Program-made: the position numbers and the translations under genes
Assembly: GCF_900289195.1 (NCBI RefSeq)
Contig: NZ_OMOH01000007.1
Location: 109,481-121,119 of the forward strand
Source of the DNA: Propionibacterium ruminifibrarum
GTDB taxonomy: Bacteria; Actinomycetota; Actinomycetes; Propionibacteriales; Propionibacteriaceae
Length of the DNA stretch: 11,639 nt
Direction of reading: 5' to 3'
Notes under the pieces: generated by a model
What the model saw: the letters and a program-made list of their open reading frames with translations, nothing else
The model's database searches: none
Told to the model about the DNA's origin: nothing
Part shown: one piece after another, positions 6,855 through 11,639 of the stretch
Layout: the number at the start of each line of letters is the position of its first letter
Position numbering within the stretch: the stretch's first letter is position 1

Positions 6855-6942
6855 GGGTGCGTGAGGAACTGCTGCGCGCCCCGCAGGGCGTCTGAGTGGA
6901 AACGCCGAACAGGGTGGGGCGGGTCCGGTTCGGGCCCGCCCC
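6845..6942 (+). repeat. Direct repeat copy 2 (98 bp): an orphan pseudo-3'-end of cbiX-sirC (CTG to CCG, Leu to Pro, stop retained) plus a second copy of the hairpin
   Basis: It is 94/98 identical to 6253-6350. The duplication also shows in the ORF track as the repeated peptide GRARTGPAP.CSA.PLRRPAGRAAVPHAPSRC in minus ORFs 6218..6430 and 6696..6974. Confidence 0.95.
6916..6942. terminator. Second copy of the GC-rich hairpin; it sits 4 nt beyond the stop of the minus-strand methyltransferase remnant and is a likely bidirectional terminator of the ancestral convergent junction
   Basis: It has the same 12-bp stem and GTT loop as 6324-6350. The minus-strand stop codon is at 6947-6949. Confidence 0.55.
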
Positions 6943-6946
6943 ACGC

Positions 6947-7457
6947 TCATGCGCGGCCCACCGCCTCGCACCACGTGATGACGTCGAACGCGTCGGGATC
7001 GGCACCCCAGCGCCGGCAGGCCTCGGCCAGCTGCCTCACCCTGTCAGCTATCGCCCAGCCCGAGGCGGTGATGGTCGGCGCCATGTGTTCGAGGAGTGCC
7101 GCGGCCACGTCGCCCTGGGCCGCGGTGCCCGCCGAATCGCCGTGGGCCCGGGCGGTGGCGGAGGCCACGATGCCGGTGAATCCCGTCTGCCTGAGCAGTT
7201 GCCTGTGCCGCCCCCCGACCCGGGGATCGCCGCCGCCGGAGCGCGCCATTCACCTGGCCGGGGTCCACGGCCCGGGCCAGCCCGACCGTGATCGTGCCAG
7301 GCCCGGACCCGCAGTCGAGCAGCCTCATGCTCGCGGTCAGATGCGGAACGAAGAACGCGGCTTCGGAAACCGCCGTGCGCTGCGCGTACGAATCCACAAC
7401 CGTGTCCCCATACCCCGGCGTGTACTCCTCGTGCGTCACCTGGCCTGATGCCGTCAC
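6947..7457 (-). pseudogene. Class I SAM-dependent methyltransferase remnant with an internal deletion and frameshift
   Basis: A GTG at 7457 follows a GGGAGG RBS 20 nt after the cbiD stop and opens a frame encoding ...AAFFVPHLTASMRLLDCGSGPGTITVGLARAVDPGQV (SAM-binding motif I). That frame then becomes Arg/Gly-rich nonsense. A different frame (ORF 6947..7249) encodes a methyltransferase-family C-terminus (LLRQTGFTGIVASATA ... RQLAEACRRWGADPDAFDVITWCEAVGRA). The two parts total about 160 aa, against my recollection of about 250-280 aa for intact members, so roughly 100 aa appears to be missing. The junction lies around 7225-7262. Confidence 0.55.
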
Positions 7458-7476
7458 TCCACCGCCTCCCTCCCAG

Positions 7477-8868
7477 TCATTCCGGGGTGCTTGCGGCGAA
7501 TCCGGCTCGGCCCACGACCCGGCCTTTGCGGTCGGTGCAGATGACCTGCACGTCGACCTGCGGGTTGTCGATGACGGCCAGCGCCTCGGTGCGGGCGGCG
7601 TCGGCCACCGTGTCACCGAGCGGCACGCCGGCGTCGGCGCAGAGGGACTGCGCGTGGGCGGCGGTGGGGGAGTGGCGCACCTGCTCGACGAGTTCGGGCC
7701 CGGCACCGGCCCGGGCGGCGAGTGAGGCGAGGTGCTCGTGGTCGACCTGTGTGCGGTGCGAGTGCAGGTCGAGGTAGCCGTTGGCCAGTTTCGAGATCTT
7801 CGCGAAGCCGCCGCACAGGGTCAGCCGGGGGACCGGGTGCTGGTGCAGGTACTTCAGGACGGCCCCGGCGAAGTCGCCCATGTCGAGCAGTTCGACGCCC
7901 GGGTAGAGGGTCTCGACGGTCGTTGTGGACGAGGAGCCGGTGGTGCCGGCCACGTGCCGCACCCCGCCCGCGCGGGCCACGTCGATGCCCTCGTGGATGC
8001 TGGCGATCCAGGCCGAGCACGAGTAGGGCACGACGACGCCGGTGGTGCCCAGCACCGACAGCCCGCCGAGGATGCCGATGCGCGGGTTCCAGGTGCGCTG
8101 GGCGATGGACTCGCCGTCGTCGATCGACACGGTGACGAGCACGTCGGGTGCGCCGCTGCCGCCGGCCTCCCGGTCAGCGGCGGCGATGTTGGCGGCGATG
8201 TAGCGGCGCGGCACAGGGTTGATGGCCGGTTCGCCGACCTCCAGGGGCAGTCCGGGGCGGGTGACGGTGCCGACGCCGTCCCCGGCGGCGAAGGTGATGC
8301 CGCTGCCCGGCTCGCCGCGGCGCAGCGTGGCGCGGACCACGGCGCCCTGGGTGACGTCGGGGTCGTCACCGGCGTCCTTGGTGACCGCGGCCATCGCAGA
8401 GCCGTCGCCCAGTCGTTCCTGGGTGAGGGCGAAGGCCGGGCGGCGCCCGTGCGGCAGCTCGATCTCGACCGGGTCGGGGAAGGCGCCGGTGAGCAGCGCC
8501 GTCCAGGCGGCCCGGCTGGCGGCCGCCGCGCAGGCACCGGTCGTCCAGCCCGGACGCAGCCCCGAACGGTCGAGCTGGGCCTCACGGCCCGAACCGCGAC
8601 TGGTCGACTCGCGGTCCGTGCCGCGGCCGGCCGATTCGCGACCGCTCGGCGTCGGCACGTCCTCGACCTTGCGCTCCGCAGGTCCTGACCCGCTGCCGCT
8701 CGTCCCGCGCCTCGTCGACCCGGGGCCGGACCCGTGGTCGGTCAGGTCGTGTCGTCCCTGCTCGGCCAGCGCCGCGTCATTGCCCGGGCCCGCCGGGGCG
8801 TCCGCCGCTGTGACGTCGCGCGGCGGCTCGCCGGGGCCCGTGCGCACGGGCGCGGTGCGCCCGGGCAT
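7477..8868 (-). CDS. cbiD: Cobalt-precorrin-5B C1-methyltransferase (CbiD) with a roughly 100-aa low-complexity N-terminal extension
   Basis: The conserved CbiD core starts at LRPGWTTGACAAAASRAA and continues through TKDAGDDPDVTQGA, GDGVGTVTRPGLP, GEPAINPVPR, LGTTGVVVPYSCSAW and GGFAKISKLA. The start is taken at ATG 8868, which overlaps the cbiC stop by 1 nt (TGATG). An alternative GTG at 8658 would remove most of the extension. The 607-aa track ORF running up to 9300 overlaps cbiC out of frame and is rejected. Confidence 0.85.
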   Translation of the reverse strand: MPGRTAPVRTGPGEPPRDVTAADAPAGPGNDAALAEQGRHDLTDHGSGPGSTRRGTSGSGSGPAERKVEDVPTPSGRESAGRGTDRESTSRGSGREAQLDRSGLRPGWTTGACAAAASRAAWTALLTGAFPDPVEIELPHGRRPAFALTQERLGDGSAMAAVTKDAGDDPDVTQGAVVRATLRRGEPGSGITFAAGDGVGTVTRPGLPLEVGEPAINPVPRRYIAANIAAADREAGGSGAPDVLVTVSIDDGESIAQRTWNPRIGILGGLSVLGTTGVVVPYSCSAWIASIHEGIDVARAGGVRHVAGTTGSSSTTTVETLYPGVELLDMGDFAGAVLKYLHQHPVPRLTLCGGFAKISKLANGYLDLHSHRTQVDHEHLASLAARAGAGPELVEQVRHSPTAAHAQSLCADAGVPLGDTVADAARTEALAVIDNPQVDVQVICTDRKGRVVGRAGFAASTPE

Positions 8869-9518
8869 CAGCTGTGCTCGTTGGTGAGCTCGGCCCGGGA
8901 TGCGAGGGCGTTGACCGCGGCCACGGCGATCGCCGAGCCGCCCCGGCGGCCCAGCAGGGTGATGTACTCCATGCCGAGGTCGTCGTCCACGAGCGCCTGC
9001 TTCGACTCGGCCGCGCCGACGAATCCCACCGGGATGCCGACGATGCCGGCCGGGCGGGCGCCCGTGGCGTGGCACAGTTCGAGCAGGCGGTACAGGGCGG
9101 TGGGGGCGTTGCCGATGGCGACGACGGCGCCGTCCAGCTGGCCCTGCTCGGCCCAGCGGTCGACGGCGGCGTGGGTCTTGGTGACGCCCTTGGCCTTCGC
9201 CTCGTCGGCGAGCGAGGGGTCCTTGATGTGGCAGACGATCTCGTTGTCGCGGGGCAGCCGGGAGCGGATGACCCCGGAGGCGGTCATCGAGGAGTCGCAC
9301 AGGATCGGCGCTCCGGCCGCAAGGGCTGCCTTGCAGGAGGCGACGATGCCTGGGGTGAAGGCGATGTCGGCGGCGATGGCCGGGTCGGCGGCGGCGTGGA
9401 TCATGCGGACGACGACCTGTTCGACGTCGGCGGGGAAGCGTTCCAGGTCGGACTCGGCCCGGATGATGCGGAAGGACTCGCTGTAGATGTCCGAACCGTT
9501 GTTGAGGTAGTCGTTCAT
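8868..9518 (-). CDS. cbiC: Cobalt-precorrin-8 methylmutase (CbiC/CobH)
   Basis: ATG 9518 (MNDYLNNGSDIY...) is preceded by AGGAGA. Motifs are SFRIIRAE, VVRMIHAAADP, ILCDSSM, AIGNAPTAL, VGFVGAAESK and GGSAIAVAAVNAL. Confidence 0.92.
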   Translation of the reverse strand: MNDYLNNGSDIYSESFRIIRAESDLERFPADVEQVVVRMIHAAADPAIAADIAFTPGIVASCKAALAAGAPILCDSSMTASGVIRSRLPRDNEIVCHIKDPSLADEAKAKGVTKTHAAVDRWAEQGQLDGAVVAIGNAPTALYRLLELCHATGARPAGIVGIPVGFVGAAESKQALVDDDLGMEYITLLGRRGGSAIAVAAVNALASRAELTNEHS

Positions 9519-9781
9519 CGCTCTCCTGACCCCGTCGTGCCGTGCGGCGCCCAGCATAGCCACAGGCGCACTGTCCCCGGCCGCCCCGCAGTGCCCCTGT
9601 CGTGGTGAATCCGCTTCTCAGCTGCTGAACCGCCCCGGGCGAGAGGGTTTTCCGCCCTGGGTGATCAAGGTCCGCCTACCGTCGATGGGTCGAATCGGCC
9701 CGGGTCGGGCGGCAGGTGATCGGTGCGGCGGTCTGGCCCGGAACCGGTGCGGACCGGAATTCACCGGGCCGTGCAGCCCGG

Positions 9782-10378
9782 TCAGGCCGGCGGCTTGGTC
9801 CAGTTCCAGCAGGTGATGGTGCGGGCGGGTTTCCAGCCGCGTAGCCGGCCGATGCGGTCGGCGGTCTCCACGCCGAGGCGGAACAGCTCGCCGCCGTGGT
9901 CGGCGTGCAGGGCGGCGATGACCACGTCTGCCTCCATCGTCACGGCGTGCACGACGAGCCGCCCGCCCGGCGGCAGCACGCCGAGGCACCGCTCGGCGAT
10001 CTCCGCGGTGAGGCCGCCGCCGATGAAGATCGCATCGGGGGAGGGCAGGTCTTCGACGAGTTCGGCGACCGGGCCCTCGCGCACCTCGAACTGGCCGGGC
10101 AGGGTGAGGTTGGCCGCGTTGGTGCGGGCGTTGGCGGCCCGGTCGGCCCGCTGCTCGACGCCGATGGCCCGGCACGTCGGGTCGGCGCGGCACCAGTCGA
10201 CGGCGATCGACCCGGCGCCGGTGCCCAGGTCCCACAGCAGCTCGCCGGGCATGGGCCGCAGCCCGGCGAGCGCGACGGCCCGCACCGGGTGTTTGGTGAT
10301 GAGCCCGTCGTGGGCGAAGTGCTCCTCGGGAAGGCCGGGCGTGCGCCCGAGCAGGCTGGCGTCGCGGTCGATGGTCAC
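9782..10378 (-). CDS. cbiT: Cobalt-precorrin-6B C15-methyltransferase, decarboxylating (CbiT)
   Basis: Motifs are GLPEEHFAHDGLITKHPVRAVALAGLRP, LWDLGTGAGSIAVDW, AIFIGGG and GGRLVVHAVTME. GTG 10378 is the only ATG/GTG/TTG start codon in the open frame, which is closed by an in-frame stop at 10547-10549. No clear SD is present. Confidence 0.88.
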   Translation of the reverse strand: MTIDRDASLLGRTPGLPEEHFAHDGLITKHPVRAVALAGLRPMPGELLWDLGTGAGSIAVDWCRADPTCRAIGVEQRADRAANARTNAANLTLPGQFEVREGPVAELVEDLPSPDAIFIGGGLTAEIAERCLGVLPPGGRLVVHAVTMEADVVIAALHADHGGELFRLGVETADRIGRLRGWKPARTITCWNWTKPPA

Positions 10379-10584
10379 GCCCGCAAGATTATCCGGCCGC
10401 AGCGGCGGATCGGGGAGGCACCGCGGGTGGCCTGGGCCGGGGCGCGTCGGCGGCGGCAGGAGGCGTCCGTGAGCGGTCCGGCCCAGGTGTCGGCCGCTGC
10501 TGGTCGAGGTCGCGGCGTGGGGGCGCCCGTGTTCCGCGCTTGTCCGTCAGGCCCAGACCCGCCAGGCGCCTTGGGTGCCTCTCG

Positions 10585-11334
10585 TCACTCACCCAGCCGT
10601 GCCAGGGCCCAGTCGAGCGCCTGCTGCGGGGTGCTCACCCGGTCGCCGTAGCCGGGGGCAGGCGGGCGGGCGATCATGACGACACTCGCGCCGGTCTGGG
10701 CTGCCACGACGAGTTTGGGGTCGAGTTCGGCGCCGCCGGAGTCCTTCGCGACGAGCGTGGCGATCGTATGGGCCGGGTCGGCCATGAGTGCCCGCTCGTT
10801 CTCGTAGGTGAAGGGGCCGCGCTGGGTGAGGAGGGTCCAGCCGGCCGGCAGGGGCTCGTCGGGCGCGTTGATGACGCGGTGGGTGATGTCGCGTTCACCG
10901 AGCGGCAAGTAGTCGGCGGTTCCCTGCCGGCCGACGGTGAGCAGCACCGGGTCAGGCAGGCGCCGGACGGCCTGGACGGCCTCCTCATTGCTGCTCACCC
11001 AGGTCCAGTCCGCCGAGCCCGGCTGGGCGTGCCAACTCGGCGGTTCCAGGCGGGCCAGCGCCGTGCCGGTGCGACGGCAGGCCGCCGCGGCATTCGCGGT
11101 CATGACGGCGGCGAACGGGTGGACGGCGTTGACGACGCAGCCGGGCCGGTTCTCCGCCAGCCAACCGGCCAGCCCGTCGGCCCCGCCGAACCCGCCGACC
11201 CGCACCGCACTGGGCAGGGCTCGTGGTGTCCTCGTGCGCCCGGCCAGCGAGGTGGTGACGTCGAGGCCCCGCTCCACGAGCAGCCCGGCCAGCGTGCGGG
11301 CCAGCGTGGTACCCCCGAGGATCAGCACGTCCAT
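10585..11334 (-). CDS. cbiJ: Precorrin-6A / cobalt-precorrin-6A reductase (CbiJ/CobK)
   Basis: MDVLILGGTTLARTLAGLL is an N-terminal nucleotide-binding motif. Other motifs are VRVGGFGG, VVNAVHPFA, LLTVGRQ and LVAKDSGG. ATG 11334 is chosen over the upstream TTG at 11370. No SD is present, so the transcript may be leaderless (CACTAT 5 nt upstream). Confidence 0.85.
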   Translation of the reverse strand: MDVLILGGTTLARTLAGLLVERGLDVTTSLAGRTRTPRALPSAVRVGGFGGADGLAGWLAENRPGCVVNAVHPFAAVMTANAAAACRRTGTALARLEPPSWHAQPGSADWTWVSSNEEAVQAVRRLPDPVLLTVGRQGTADYLPLGERDITHRVINAPDEPLPAGWTLLTQRGPFTYENERALMADPAHTIATLVAKDSGGAELDPKLVVAAQTGASVVMIARPPAPGYGDRVSTPQQALDWALARLGE

Positions 11335-11396
11335 GGGGCATAGTGAAGCGCGGGCGGGGGAGTGGGGCAAATGGTGAGCTGAATCGAACAGCTGTT

Positions 11397-11639
11397 TGTG
11401 GAGTCGGGCGTCATGCGCCCCTGGCCAGGCCTGATCGTCTGAGTAGACGAACCCGTGCCGCCGAAGAGTTAGTTGTACTGATCGGGGATGTTGGTTAACC
11501 GTGTGATGGGTGGGAGGTTCCCGCAGGCGGTGTGGGGTCTGTGGTGATTGTAGAAGTGGATCCAGCTGGCCAAGGCATCGCGTCGTTGTCGTTCTGAGGT
11601 GTAGCAGCGGGCGTAGGCCCAGCCGTCGGCCAGGGTGCG
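11397..11639 (-). mobile_element. End of an IS481-family insertion sequence; the inner boundary is approximate
   Basis: The transposase 3' end is at 11469. The element terminus is guessed at the TGT-initiated sequence TGTGGAGTCGGG (11397) or TGTTTGTGG (11393), just where composition changes. The terminal inverted repeat cannot be verified because the other end is outside the window. Confidence 0.45.
11469..11639 (-). CDS. IS481-family DDE transposase, C-terminal 56 aa (the rest lies beyond the window edge)
   Basis: My own reverse-strand translation of 11639 to 11469 gives RTLADGWAYARCYTSERQRRDALASWIHFYNHHRPHTACGNLPPITRLTNIPDQYN*, with stop TAA at 11469-11471. The YNHHRPH...PPI.RLTN...QY ending is characteristic of IS481-family (rve core) transposases. 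It is not in the supplied ORF track because there is no start codon in the window. Confidence 0.8.
   Translation of the reverse strand, partial: RTLADGWAYARCYTSERQRRDALASWIHFYNHHRPHTACGNLPPITRLTNIPDQYN

Noticed and set aside
6253-6942. CRISPR-like or MITE-like interpretation of the repeated hairpin sequence
   Set aside because: There are only two copies. They are 98 bp long, include coding sequence of cbiX-sirC, and are direct repeats with a gene between them. No repeat-spacer periodicity or terminal inverted repeats are present.
6861-7448. Plus-strand ORFs 6861..7448 (195 aa) and 6896..7291 (131 aa) starting in repeat copy 2
   Set aside because: They are antisense to the methyltransferase remnant and have no recognisable motifs. 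They start within the duplicated pseudo-3'-end, which has no RBS.
8869-9300. Upstream extension of the CbiD ORF to 607 aa
   Set aside because: It overlaps cbiC out of frame with Arg/Pro/Gly-rich nonsense. The ATG at 8868, coupled to the cbiC stop, is a sufficient start.
10379-10584. Cobalamin riboswitch in the cbiJ-cbiT spacer
   Set aside because: Only a CCTGCCGCC string resembles the B12 box. No GGTG...TCC or CCCGCCACTGT core is present.
10389-10592. 67-aa minus-strand ORF filling the cbiJ-cbiT spacer
   Set aside because: It is Pro/Arg/Ala-rich low-complexity sequence with no RBS and is best explained by GC richness. The spacer is kept as a finding instead.

Overview
This is very GC-rich DNA (about 70% by eye), most consistent with a propionibacteria-like actinobacterium. 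It carries the corrin-ring core of the anaerobic (early cobalt insertion) cobalamin pathway as two convergent operons. The plus-strand operon is a cobalamin riboswitch (about 553-710), then cbiL, cbiF, a cbiE-cbiG-cbiH triple fusion, and a cbiX fused to a precorrin-2 dehydrogenase (SirC/CysG-N-like) domain. Every junction in this operon has a start/stop overlap. The minus-strand operon is cbiJ/cobK, cbiT, cbiC, cbiD, and then a decayed SAM-methyltransferase pseudogene. The left edge holds the 3' end of a DeoR-family regulator. The right edge holds the 3' end of an IS481-family transposase on the minus strand; it is absent from the ORF track because its start lies outside the window. Most of the window is ordinary, well-understood B12 biosynthesis, and I see no convincing new multi-gene system. 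The most unusual structure sits where the two operons converge. A 98-bp direct repeat (94/98 identical) duplicates the last 16 codons of cbiX-sirC plus its terminator hairpin. The repeat brackets a 494-bp lower-GC insert that carries a single orphan XRE-type HTH (antitoxin-like) gene. Secondary points are: long non-coding spacers inside the minus-strand operon, one with weak riboswitch-like motifs; a roughly 100-aa low-complexity N-terminal extension on CbiD; the IS481 end about 60 bp upstream of cbiJ; and phased repeats upstream of the riboswitch. The long antisense and out-of-frame ORFs in the track are high-GC artefacts.
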